Source of the DNA: Fastidiosibacter lacustris
GTDB lineage: Bacteria > Pseudomonadota > Gammaproteobacteria > Francisellales > Francisellaceae
Reading direction: 5' to 3'
Length of the DNA stretch: 32,000 nucleotides
Assembly (NCBI RefSeq): GCF_003428155.1
Contig: NZ_QLIR01000012.1
Location: 30,001 to 62,000, forward strand
Shown: positions 9,661 to 18,803 of the stretch, in pieces
Layout: each line of letters begins with the position of its first letter
Numbering within the stretch: position 1 is the first letter of the stretch
Position numbers and translations under genes: made by a program
Notes under the pieces: generated by a model
Database searches by the model: none
Told to the model about the DNA's origin: nothing
What the model saw: only the letters and a program-made list of their open reading frames with translations

Positions 9661-10590
9661 ATGACTGAGCAAACGAAACCACTACCGACAGCGCATGATG
9701 TCTTTTTTAAAGCCAACCTTGCCGAAAAAAGTAAGGCAAAAGCATTACTGAAACAAATCTACTCAAAGGAGTTGGTAAGCAAGCTTGATTTAAAACATTT
9801 AAAGCACGTTCCGACTGAGTTTATACAACACAACTTGCGTAAAGTGGTCGGTGATGTGCTGTATATGACTAAGCTGAACGGCAAAGATGCTTATGTTTAC
9901 GTCCTTTTTGAACATCAGTCAAGCAGTGATGAATTAATGGCATTTAGGCTGTTGTTGTATGTGGTGCAGATCATGCAACAGCATTTGCAACAGGGGCATG
10001 ATAAGTTACCTATTATTTTGCCTGCCGTTATATACCACGGCAAAGAGTCACCTTATCCTTATTCGACTGACTTGATGGACTGCTTTGCGGATAAGGAAAT
10101 AGCCCAAGAATATATGTTCAAGTCATTTAATTTGCTTGACTTAACGATCATGAGTGATGATGACTTAGGCAAATTTGATGCTAATTTAGTCTTTGAATAT
10201 ATGCTTAAACACAGTCGGGATAACCTAACAGATAAGTTGATAAAATGGCTGTTACAGTACCCACATCAAGCGATTTATTTCATAAAATCTGGCAATAATC
10301 TGTTAAATCAAGTATTCTCATATATAGAAAGTCGCGATGATGTTGACAGTGAAGCGATAGACAAATTAATCGGTGTCATTAATGATAATACAGGTGGTGA
10401 GTTTATGAATTACTTACAAAGGCGAGAACAAAAGGCAGAACAACAAGGTGCGATTTTAAAGGCACAAGATACTGCGAAAACTATGCTTATTGATGGTTTA
10501 GATGATAGTGTCGTTATCAAATATACTGGACTTGACCTTGATACTGTCCTTAAACTCAAAAAAGAAATTAGCACTAAGACAAAACACTAG
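9661..10590 (+). CDS. Rpn-family recombination-promoting nuclease (YhgA-like, PD-(D/E)XK; often annotated as putative transposase)
   Basis: PTAHDVFFK...GDVLYMTKL...YVYVLFEHQSSSDELMAFRLLLY...HDKLPIILPAVIYHGKESPYP aligns with remembered E. coli RpnA/YhgA (PHDAVFK...TDVLYSV...HVVIEHQSKPDKKMAFRMMRY...HDKLPLVVPILFYQG). Confidence 0.85.
   Translation: MTEQTKPLPTAHDVFFKANLAEKSKAKALLKQIYSKELVSKLDLKHLKHVPTEFIQHNLRKVVGDVLYMTKLNGKDAYVYVLFEHQSSSDELMAFRLLLYVVQIMQQHLQQGHDKLPIILPAVIYHGKESPYPYSTDLMDCFADKEIAQEYMFKSFNLLDLTIMSDDDLGKFDANLVFEYMLKHSRDNLTDKLIKWLLQYPHQAIYFIKSGNNLLNQVFSYIESRDDVDSEAIDKLIGVINDNTGGEFMNYLQRREQKAEQQGAILKAQDTAKTMLIDGLDDSVVIKYTGLDLDTVLKLKKEISTKTKH
10405..10590 (+). CDS. Possible intragenic RpnS-like small protein, from an in-frame internal start in the rpn-like gene
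   Basis: In-frame ATG at 10405 preceded by GGTGGTGAG. It aligns with the internal Met region of E. coli RpnA (GGESMMTLAQ vs GGEFMNYLQ). Confidence 0.3.
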   Translation: MNYLQRREQKAEQQGAILKAQDTAKTMLIDGLDDSVVIKYTGLDLDTVLKLKKEISTKTKH

Positions 10591-10650
10591 ATTTAAATAT
10601 TTGGTACAAAAATCTCGCTTTGGATTGATATTCAAATAAATTCTTTGAGC

Positions 10651-10759
10651 TAAATTGCCTATCCCCGCAGCAAGCTACGGGGTATTTCGGCAATTTTCCT
10701 ACGGAACCGCTCAAAGTGACCTTCTCCATTCGCAGCAGAGCTGCGGGGAATTAAACCCC
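10651..10759. repeat. Cluster of GC-rich nested palindromes in AT-rich ORF-free DNA
   Basis: AAATTGCC (10651-10658) pairs with GGCAATTT (10689-10696) around the hairpin CCCCGCAGCAAGCTACGGGG (10663-10682). Second hairpin CGCAGCAGAGCTGCG (10731-10745). Third hairpin GGGGAATTAAACCCC (10745-10759). CCCCGCAGC (10663-10671) is also the perfect complement of GCTGCGGGG (10740-10748). Confidence 0.6.
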
Positions 10760-11151
10760 ACGGAGATTAAAAACAACTCTCGTGTGATAAGGGGTAATGT
10801 GTCAATTTTTTGATTTAAATTTATTGAAAATCCTTATTTAAAAGCATCCGTAAAATACTTACAAAACCATGAGTAAGATAGCAAAGCAAGCGATATGTAT
10901 AAGTAGACTTTGAAGTCCAATGGAACGAAAATGTACGCTAAGAAACTTTCTGATGGTTTTCTATTGCTCTGGGAGGATTTTAGTCCATTCGTGTAAAAAG
11001 CAATCAGAAAAATGATCTATTGCTCTCCCCAAGTAATGTGAAGTAATTAAACAATGTATATGTATACTTCAAAATTTATGCTATAGCTAGTCTGGCTGTT
11101 AATAATACAATATACGAAAGTTATCACTAAAAATACCTTGCCTGGAAGAAC

Positions 11152-11176
11152 CCCCAGAAATGGGGATCGTTTTTTG
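11152..11176 (+). terminator. Candidate intrinsic terminator (short GC stem plus T-run) with no upstream ORF
   Basis: CCCCA-GAAA-TGGGG followed by ATCGTTTTTTG on the + strand. Confidence 0.35.
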
Positions 11177-11511
11177 TTCAGTGCGCCGTAATTTTAAAAC
11201 TTGAAGAAAACAGTAACATTGAACTTTTTTAGATTGAATAATAGTCAAATAACAACGCAGACACATAAAAACGCGCATAAATTAGATTTAACCGTATTTT
11301 TTATTGATTTTGAACGATTGCATTATCGTATTACAGATAATTGAACAGCGCTTAAATATGAAAGCTGAATTTTTAACCAGAATTGCTAAAAAAATGAATT
11401 TTTAGACTGATTTTGAAAATTTAAGGAGAAATACGCCTGCGCTATAAGCTGAAAACGTTAATTTTTTTAAAAAAAATTGCATATTCCTGTTCACCATAAG
11501 GGAGCCAGTCC

Positions 11512-11775
11512 ATGAAGCTAAAACTTAACATACAACGTGATATTCACGATAAAATAAAGCTTCAAGGCAGTAAACTTATACTACCAATGCACTTTGATGT
11601 TGTCGAGGTTTATAAAGATGTACCCTTATTTGAGCCAGACGATAGCAAGCAGATTGTCACTATCCATTATCATGTGGATGATGATTTATATGCAGCCGTG
11701 TATTTTTACTTTGACGATGGCAGTTATGCCAGACTGGTATGGCGGTATGGAGCAAGTGACAAAAATACAAGGTAA
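11512..11775 (+). CDS. Hypothetical protein (87 aa)
   Basis: AAGGGAG 7 nt before the ATG. No recognisable family. Confidence 0.5.
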   Translation: MKLKLNIQRDIHDKIKLQGSKLILPMHFDVVEVYKDVPLFEPDDSKQIVTIHYHVDDDLYAAVYFYFDDGSYARLVWRYGASDKNTR

Positions 11776-12187
11776 TGTTTTAAATAGCACCTCAGGTATC
11801 GCTTATGAGGTATAGGCTAGAAAGCAATTTTCAAATTACTATAACCAGTTTACTGACGTATTCCGACTGAACTATAGGTTCCCTGCAAAGCCCTCCAATT
11901 TTCCCTGTTTTGAAAAAATAAAATCACTCAATGCCATATACAGTAACGCTTGTAGTGAAAATCAATGTTTCTCTAAAATAAGTTTCGTCAAGGTGCTTTT
12001 ATCGAGTGGGAGGTGAGATGATGAGAAAGCGACCTTGACTAACTGTGGCTAAGTATAGTCTAGCAAATATTAAAGCAACTTAATTAGCAAGTATTTTTAC
12101 CTTTTTTATTATTTTTTCACATTACATTCATTGATCGCAAAAAAGCAAAAAATAGACGAATAACGCAATAACACAGGAGAAGAAACT

Positions 12188-15100
12188 ATGATGTCAATTG
12201 GCGTTGTCAGTTCAGGCAGCAATGTACACAAGTATTTCATCGACAAAGATAATTACTATTTAACCGATAAGTCTGAGTTAAAAGAAGCGGCAACTTGGTA
12301 TGGCAAAGGCGCTGAATTACTGGGCATTAAAGGTGAGCAAGTCGATGAAAAGTTATTTTTAGATTTACTTCACGGCAGATTACCTAACGGTGAGCAAGTT
12401 GGCATTATGCGTGATGGTTCTTTCAAACATCGCCCTGCAACGGACATTACGTTTTCAGCACCTAAATCGTTATCTATTATGGGTTTGGTTGCAGGTGATA
12501 CACGCTTGATTGAAGTCCATAACAAAGCTGTTGAAAAAGCATTAGGCAAGATTGAAGCTTTGTATGCTGAAGCACGTATTACTGAAAATGGCATCACAAG
12601 CTATGAAAAAACTGGGAACTTAACCATTGCCGCCTTTCGTCACACCTCATCTCGTGAAAAAGACCCGCAACTGCATACGCATGGCGTTACGATGAATTTT
12701 ACGCAAAGAGAAGATGGGCAATGGCGTGCGCTATCTTCCCGTCAAAAAAATGATGTACAGCATCTTGAAAATGGCTTTAGAGAAATGCTTTATGCCAATC
12801 AGCATTACTTGGGCATGATTTATAATAGTGAAATTGCTAAAGGCACCGTTGAATGCGGTTATGAAATCAAAGTCAAAGATCAATATGGCAACTTTGATAT
12901 TGTTGGATTGTCACAAGACTATCTTGAAAGCCAATCTAAACGCAGAACACAGATTCTCAATAAGCTTGAAGAAAAAGGACTTAACGGTGCTAAAGCTGCA
13001 CAAAATGCTTGCTTAGACAGCCGTATTGCTAAAAGTGATATTTCACCTGATGAATTAAAAGCTGCATGGATTGAAGATGCCAAAGCACAAGGGGTCAGCC
13101 TTGGTAAAGTGTTTATGGAATCTATAAACAACCTTGAGCAAGATGCAAAAGAAGAAAAGGAAGCAGAAAAGGCAAAAGAAACCAATAGCACTAAAAATAA
13201 TACGCCGAATGACCAACTACCGTCAAAAGCTTATGTCACCAGTGACCTACAAACACACTCACATAACGCCAAAGAAGCCATTAGTGATGCGGTTGCTCAT
13301 TTATCTCAATATGGCGTGCAGATAAAGCATGGGGATATTATTCGCCAAGCCTTTGTTTTTTCAGCCGGACTGGTTGAGCATGATCATTTAGAAGCGGTAT
13401 TGTCGGATAAGCTTAAAACAGGTGAGCTTATTGGGCGTGAGCATCAATACTATACGACAGATCAATTAGTAAAAGTCGAAAAAGATTTCATGCAGTTTGC
13501 TAAAGCATCAATGGTAAGTGCATGGTCGGTTAACCTTAATCGTTCTGGGTTAGAAGCCTCATTATTTAACCATAAAGACCGCTTGCAATTGATTGATGTT
13601 AAAGGCTTGCGCAATGAAGCAAAACTGATTGACGGACTGGTTAAAACGGCTGAGAACAACGGTTTAAATGTCTATGTATTGCATCAAAACTATTCACGCT
13701 TAAATAGGCTTAAAGAAGATGTTAAACGTGATGGATCAAGCTTATGGAAAGCCTTTAAAAACCATTTTAAGCATGACTTACTGCAAACCGTTGGTAAGTT
13801 TGAGCATGATTATACGCAAAAGCTTAATAATCCTTTTTTTTCTTTTGCTCAATTAAGCCATAAGCAGGACTTAATTATTGTCGCGGATAGCCAAAAACTT
13901 GGCATTAAAGACGTTGAACGCTTAAATACATTAGCCGAAAAAGGGAAAGCTAAGATTGCCTTTTTAAATAATACCGAATCAACCCTTGGCTTTAGTGCGG
14001 GCAATCCAATGAAGCTATTAAAAGAGTCTGGTGTTAATCAGTTAAGATCACAAAGCATTTCCAAGAACACGCTAGTAGAAGTGGCAAGCTTCAGTGAAGC
14101 ACACAAAGCTTTAGCATATCATTATGTTGGTTTAGATAATGAAGCTAAAAAAAATACGCCGATTGTGGCTTTTACCAATAAAGCACAAGCAGAAATCACT
14201 GGTGAGATTCGTGATCACTTGAAAGAAAATGGCGAGCTTTCCTTACAGGAAAATCACTACCAAACACTATCAACCAGTCGCTTAAGTGACATTGAAAAAA
14301 CCAAAACGCAATGCTATCAACTTGGTGATAGCGTGACACTGAATCCGTTTGCCCAAGCTGAAGAAAATGGAAAAAGTAAAAGAAGTGAAAAAGGTGAAAA
14401 AAATGGCGAAAAGCACAAACAGCAAAGTTATCTTGTGACGGGTATAGATCGCGACAATCAAGCTTTACACTTAACGAATCGTCACGGTGAGTCAATACAA
14501 TTGTCACTGAAAAAAGAAGATTTATTTCATGCTGATGGCAGCTTTAAAGTTAATTTTGAAGCCAATAAAAGCAAAACAATGGCAATTGCTGTCGGTGAAA
14601 CCCTACGAGCCACCCGTAATCTTTATCTGGATTATCAGGCGGATTCAATAGATAACAGTAGTAAAAGTGATAAAAGTGGTCAAAGCGGTGAAAGTAATAA
14701 GGATAGCAAAGTTGAAACCGTCAAAACAGTTAAAATTGATAAAAACAGCACCTTTAAAGTGCAGTCCATTGCTGAAAATGGTATCCATATTCAGCACGAC
14801 AATAAAACCATTTTTGTAGCCAATGAAAAGCTGCAAAGAAGTTTCATTGAGCATGGCTATGTCATTAAACCACATCAGTTAAGCAAGGATACTGATAGTG
14901 TTTTAACTGCGCTTTCAAGTTATCAGGTCAATCAAAATAACATTGGTGAGATTGCTGAGTTTGCGAAAAAAGTCACCCTTTTTACCGATAATCCAGAAAA
15001 AAGCACCCAAGCTTTAAACGCACAGCAAGTTTCATGGTTGGCATTAGATGTCGCCAGTGGCAAAGCACAAAGCTACAACCCGATTGTACGAACAGAAGAA

Positions 15101-18100
15101 GCCATCAGAAAAGACTTAGAGGTGGTGGCTAAAGCCTTATCTGGTGATGACAAAACCAAAGCAGATACGGCCGTTTCTTATGGTATTGCGAAACTGGCTG
15201 AGCGTGAGGCAGGCTTTCAACTGAATGACTTACTCAAAGAGTCGATGAAATATGCCCTTGGCTCGGTATCGCTTGAGGATATTGAAAAAATCATTGCTGA
15301 TAAATCCAAGCAAGGTGATTTGTTGGTTACAGGACAAACAGTCACAACAGCTTATGCCTATCAGTTAGAGAAAAATATTATTCAAACGGTTAAAGACAAT
15401 CACGCCAGTGTTGCACCTATTTACGACAAAGTACCTACTTTGAGCCAGGAGATAAGTTTCACCCAAGGACAAAAAGATGCGGTGAGCTTAGCCTTAACCA
15501 CCAATGATCGTTTTATTGGGGTGCAAGGGCTTGCCGGTACAGGAAAAACCACGATGATGAAAGAGTTGAAACAACATGCTGAAAAGGCAGGATTCAATAT
15601 CATTGGTATTGCGCCAACACATAAGGCAGTGCAAATGCTTGATGAGTCTATCAATAAAGAAGTGACTGGTAGTCGCTTTGAAAAAGCGGGGATTCCGGTG
15701 ATTACTGCACATAGTTTTATTAATAAAACAAATACAACACATGATGGACACGATACGAACAAGATAGATAACAGCAAAACCCTGTTTATTATTGATGAAT
15801 CATCGATGTTGGGTAATCGGATTTATCATGATATTCAAAAGAAAATTGTTAGTCTCAATGCCAGAGGCATCTTCTCAGGCGATATTAAGCAACAGGTGGC
15901 GATTGAAAGCGGGAAACCGCAAGAGTTAAGCATGAATAACGGCTTAAAATATGCCTCAATGAATGAAATTGTGCGCCAAAACCCTAACCCACAATTAAAA
16001 ATGTCGGCTGTATTAGCAGCAGATAAACAACCGGCTAAAGCATTAATCAATCTTGAAAGTATTAATCCTTTTGATCATATTCAGCGTAAGGATTTTTACA
16101 GTAGCGAGCCAATTTCTTTTATTGAAGTTGGTGCCGCAAAGGATGGTCAAGGCAAAGTATTACTAGATGACAATGGCAAACCCTCGTTAACTAATCTATA
16201 TGATGTAATTGCTAAGGATGTATTAACACGCATACCAGAACAGCGCGAAAATACCATTGTGGTTGCTTCAACGCATAAAGATCGCCATGAGATAGATCAA
16301 CGTATTCGCCAAGGACTCATTAATGATGATCACATTAAAAATGAAGTCAATGCAACTCGTTTAATGTCAAAAAACATTGATCAAGCAGATATGTTACATG
16401 CTAAAAACTATGAGGTTGGTGACATACTACGCTTTGAAAGAGGTTACTCAGTTGCCAAAAAAGGGGATTACATGCAAGTGATTGGTATTGATGAAAGCCA
16501 AAATAAACTCAATGTGATAAACATCGGTGATGGCAATAACTACAGTATCAATCCTGCCAGTATTGCCTTAAAAGCCGATATGAGTGTTTATAAAGAACTA
16601 GAAGTACAACTTGGTGTTGGTGATCGCATCCGACTACGCCAAAGTGACCCTAAGCGTGGTTGGGTCGGTGGTGCTGAGTATAAAGTCAGTGCCATTGAAG
16701 ATGGTAAGGCTTATTTAACTTATTTACATCACACGAATGCACAGAATAATAAGCATAATGAAAATAACACGCATACTCATAACCTCACCATTCATCTTAC
16801 GGATAAAAAAGATCAGCTTTGGGATTACGCTTATACCAATACAACCTATAGTGCCCAAGGCGCTACGTCCAAATATTTTATTGGGTTAGCCGATGAAAAT
16901 TATCGTTCGATGTATATTCAGCTAACACGCGCAAGCATGCAAGCAACGATATACACAGCGAACAAAGTAAAGCTCCTCAATGGCTTAGAAGATGCTAGAC
17001 GGCAACTGCAAGCTGATAAACTATCCGCTTATGAGATGCTGCATCAAAGCCATCAACAAAAAGAAATTGAAAAAAATGAAACAATTAAAACAATTAAAAT
17101 AACAAAAGGTGCCTACAATAAGCAACATCAAATCAGCAATACTAATGTAAGTGTCGATGGAAAGGGCATACCTATTGCTAAAACACGAGATAAAACAGGG
17201 TATACTGCTAAAGAAAAAATAGAAAAACCAGTTTTAGCTGATGATATTAAGCCACTTTTACGCCAGAGAATGGAGGAGTTAGCGATAAGCTTATTGGGTG
17301 AACCTAACAAAGCACTCTCAAATCAAACCCAGTTACGGTTTGGTAAAAATGGCAGTTTAACGGTGAATTTAGAAAAGGCACAATGGTTCTCACATGAAAC
17401 TGGCAAGGGTGGCAATCCCTTTGATCTCATCAAACATGAGCTGAATTTTAGTGACTTCAAGGATGTCTTGGACTATGCCAAAAAGTTTGTCAATTACACG
17501 CCAGATATGCAGTATATTGAAGTTAAACCTAAGCCTACTGAGCAAATCAATCTTGAAGATGAAAAACGACAAGAGAGAAAAGAGAAACAAGAGCAAATGA
17601 AAGCATTAGGTGATAGGTTATATCAGCAGTCTGTACCCATTAAAGGCACACTTGGTGAAAAGTATCTAGCAGAATGTAGAGGATTATCATGCTATGAAAA
17701 TGCAGATATTCGTTTTGTAAATTCGATCTCTGGCATCGACAAAACAACTGGTAATAGAATCTATACCCCTGCTATTTTATCAGTTGCTAAAGATGATAAA
17801 GATGCGCTTCACCATGTGCAAGTAATTCGATTAAATCAAGATGGCAGCAAAAATAAAGACGTTAAAATCACCAAACAAACTTATGGTAAAATGGATGGCT
17901 TTGCTGTGGATTTAAACACCAAAGCCGATAAGTCTGTCACCTATCTTGCCGAGGGTGTTGAAACAGGATTATCCATTCTTAATATTCATAAAAATGCACA
18001 CGTTTTAGCCGTTTTAGGGAAGTCAAATTTTGCAAATATAAATACAGATAAGCTTGCTGATAAGATAGTTATTTGCCTTGATAATGATTTTAAAGGGAAA

Positions 18101-18721
18101 GATACATTTAATAATGAGCAGAAATTATCAGATCATATTAAATCTATAAAAAGAAACTGTGAACAAATAAATGCGTTAGCTAACCACTTCAAAAGTTACG
18201 GAAAAGAGGTACGTTTTATATTACCAGATAGAGATAAATTTGACTTTAATGATGTATTAAATCAACAAGGATATGCTGAACTTAGCAGACAAGTAAATCA
18301 GCTAATAACAGAAAAAGACTTTAGTAAAATAACGAATAAGTATATTGAAATAAAATTAAATCACATCAATGACGAGATGAGTAAGCACATTAAGTCAATA
18401 AAAAATGAATATGAAAAATCAATTATGCAACATCCTAGTTTAAATCATTTAAACTCATGTCACGATAAGGGCTTATTAATAAATGAGACTATTAATAAAT
18501 CGAATATTTATAAAGATACACTGCTATCAGATCAACGAATAATGGATGCAAAGAAACGTCTTGATAGTCAATTACAAAATCAAATTCGACATGACCAGAT
18601 TGAAAATATCGTTGGCAAAATAGATAAAGTAGATAAAATAAATAAGATAGATAAAACACCTAATGCAAAACATCAGGAAACGCTAAAATCACAATCAGTT
18701 AATAAGGAAATTGAGCGATAG
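12188..18721 (+). CDS. traI: TraI: MOBF relaxase plus RecD-like helicase, with an additional C-terminal primase-like (Toprim) module
   Basis: N-terminus MMSIG, with Tyr in KYFIDKDNYY, WYGKGAELLG, HRPATDITFSAPKS and FRHTSSREKDPQLHTHGV. These are relaxase motifs shared with F TraI and R388 TrwC. Helicase Walker A GLAGTGKTT (about aa 1115) and LFIIDESSM. The C-terminus has LRFGKNGSLTVNLEKAQWFSHETGKGGNPFDLI, YLAEGVETG (like the EGYATA primase motif) and VICLDNDFKGKD. Confidence 0.9.
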   Translation: MMSIGVVSSGSNVHKYFIDKDNYYLTDKSELKEAATWYGKGAELLGIKGEQVDEKLFLDLLHGRLPNGEQVGIMRDGSFKHRPATDITFSAPKSLSIMGLVAGDTRLIEVHNKAVEKALGKIEALYAEARITENGITSYEKTGNLTIAAFRHTSSREKDPQLHTHGVTMNFTQREDGQWRALSSRQKNDVQHLENGFREMLYANQHYLGMIYNSEIAKGTVECGYEIKVKDQYGNFDIVGLSQDYLESQSKRRTQILNKLEEKGLNGAKAAQNACLDSRIAKSDISPDELKAAWIEDAKAQGVSLGKVFMESINNLEQDAKEEKEAEKAKETNSTKNNTPNDQLPSKAYVTSDLQTHSHNAKEAISDAVAHLSQYGVQIKHGDIIRQAFVFSAGLVEHDHLEAVLSDKLKTGELIGREHQYYTTDQLVKVEKDFMQFAKASMVSAWSVNLNRSGLEASLFNHKDRLQLIDVKGLRNEAKLIDGLVKTAENNGLNVYVLHQNYSRLNRLKEDVKRDGSSLWKAFKNHFKHDLLQTVGKFEHDYTQKLNNPFFSFAQLSHKQDLIIVADSQKLGIKDVERLNTLAEKGKAKIAFLNNTESTLGFSAGNPMKLLKESGVNQLRSQSISKNTLVEVASFSEAHKALAYHYVGLDNEAKKNTPIVAFTNKAQAEITGEIRDHLKENGELSLQENHYQTLSTSRLSDIEKTKTQCYQLGDSVTLNPFAQAEENGKSKRSEKGEKNGEKHKQQSYLVTGIDRDNQALHLTNRHGESIQLSLKKEDLFHADGSFKVNFEANKSKTMAIAVGETLRATRNLYLDYQADSIDNSSKSDKSGQSGESNKDSKVETVKTVKIDKNSTFKVQSIAENGIHIQHDNKTIFVANEKLQRSFIEHGYVIKPHQLSKDTDSVLTALSSYQVNQNNIGEIAEFAKKVTLFTDNPEKSTQALNAQQVSWLALDVASGKAQSYNPIVRTEEAIRKDLEVVAKALSGDDKTKADTAVSYGIAKLAEREAGFQLNDLLKESMKYALGSVSLEDIEKIIADKSKQGDLLVTGQTVTTAYAYQLEKNIIQTVKDNHASVAPIYDKVPTLSQEISFTQGQKDAVSLALTTNDRFIGVQGLAGTGKTTMMKELKQHAEKAGFNIIGIAPTHKAVQMLDESINKEVTGSRFEKAGIPVITAHSFINKTNTTHDGHDTNKIDNSKTLFIIDESSMLGNRIYHDIQKKIVSLNARGIFSGDIKQQVAIESGKPQELSMNNGLKYASMNEIVRQNPNPQLKMSAVLAADKQPAKALINLESINPFDHIQRKDFYSSEPISFIEVGAAKDGQGKVLLDDNGKPSLTNLYDVIAKDVLTRIPEQRENTIVVASTHKDRHEIDQRIRQGLINDDHIKNEVNATRLMSKNIDQADMLHAKNYEVGDILRFERGYSVAKKGDYMQVIGIDESQNKLNVINIGDGNNYSINPASIALKADMSVYKELEVQLGVGDRIRLRQSDPKRGWVGGAEYKVSAIEDGKAYLTYLHHTNAQNNKHNENNTHTHNLTIHLTDKKDQLWDYAYTNTTYSAQGATSKYFIGLADENYRSMYIQLTRASMQATIYTANKVKLLNGLEDARRQLQADKLSAYEMLHQSHQQKEIEKNETIKTIKITKGAYNKQHQISNTNVSVDGKGIPIAKTRDKTGYTAKEKIEKPVLADDIKPLLRQRMEELAISLLGEPNKALSNQTQLRFGKNGSLTVNLEKAQWFSHETGKGGNPFDLIKHELNFSDFKDVLDYAKKFVNYTPDMQYIEVKPKPTEQINLEDEKRQERKEKQEQMKALGDRLYQQSVPIKGTLGEKYLAECRGLSCYENADIRFVNSISGIDKTTGNRIYTPAILSVAKDDKDALHHVQVIRLNQDGSKNKDVKITKQTYGKMDGFAVDLNTKADKSVTYLAEGVETGLSILNIHKNAHVLAVLGKSNFANINTDKLADKIVICLDNDFKGKDTFNNEQKLSDHIKSIKRNCEQINALANHFKSYGKEVRFILPDRDKFDFNDVLNQQGYAELSRQVNQLITEKDFSKITNKYIEIKLNHINDEMSKHIKSIKNEYEKSIMQHPSLNHLNSCHDKGLLINETINKSNIYKDTLLSDQRIMDAKKRLDSQLQNQIRHDQIENIVGKIDKVDKINKIDKTPNAKHQETLKSQSVNKEIER

Positions 18722-18803
18722 CTATCACTACATTTTCTATATTTTACTATATTTCACTATAAAAATCCAAAGTAATAATATTTGTCTTTACTTTAATCTC
18801 CCT

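Noticed and set aside
10697-10735. ACGGAACCG...GTGAC..TCTCC resembles the reverse complement of the group II intron domain V seen at 31958-31991
   Set aside because: The complementary half needed to form a domain V hairpin (GAGCCGTAT-type) is absent, so this is at most a decayed fragment or coincidence.
11987-12064. Alternative oriT upstream of traI: 8-bp inverted repeat GTCAAGGT/ACCTTGAC, GGTGCTTTT (a 9-mer identical to F sequence 3' of nic) and GTATAGTCTAGC (similar to the R388 nic GTATTGTCT^ATAGC)
   Set aside because: Matches this short are expected by chance in 64 kb of two-strand sequence. The spacing from hairpin to the putative nick does not fit the R388 model. The 19936-19950 match is much longer and has the expected genetic context. 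I keep this only as a fallback candidate, and it is more likely part of the traI promoter/leader.
12370-17596. About ten antisense or alternative-frame ORFs of 60-118 aa within traI
   Set aside because: All are nested in the 6.5-kb traI frame, whose translation shows continuous conserved relaxase/helicase motifs. This is the expected shadow-ORF density for AT-rich DNA.
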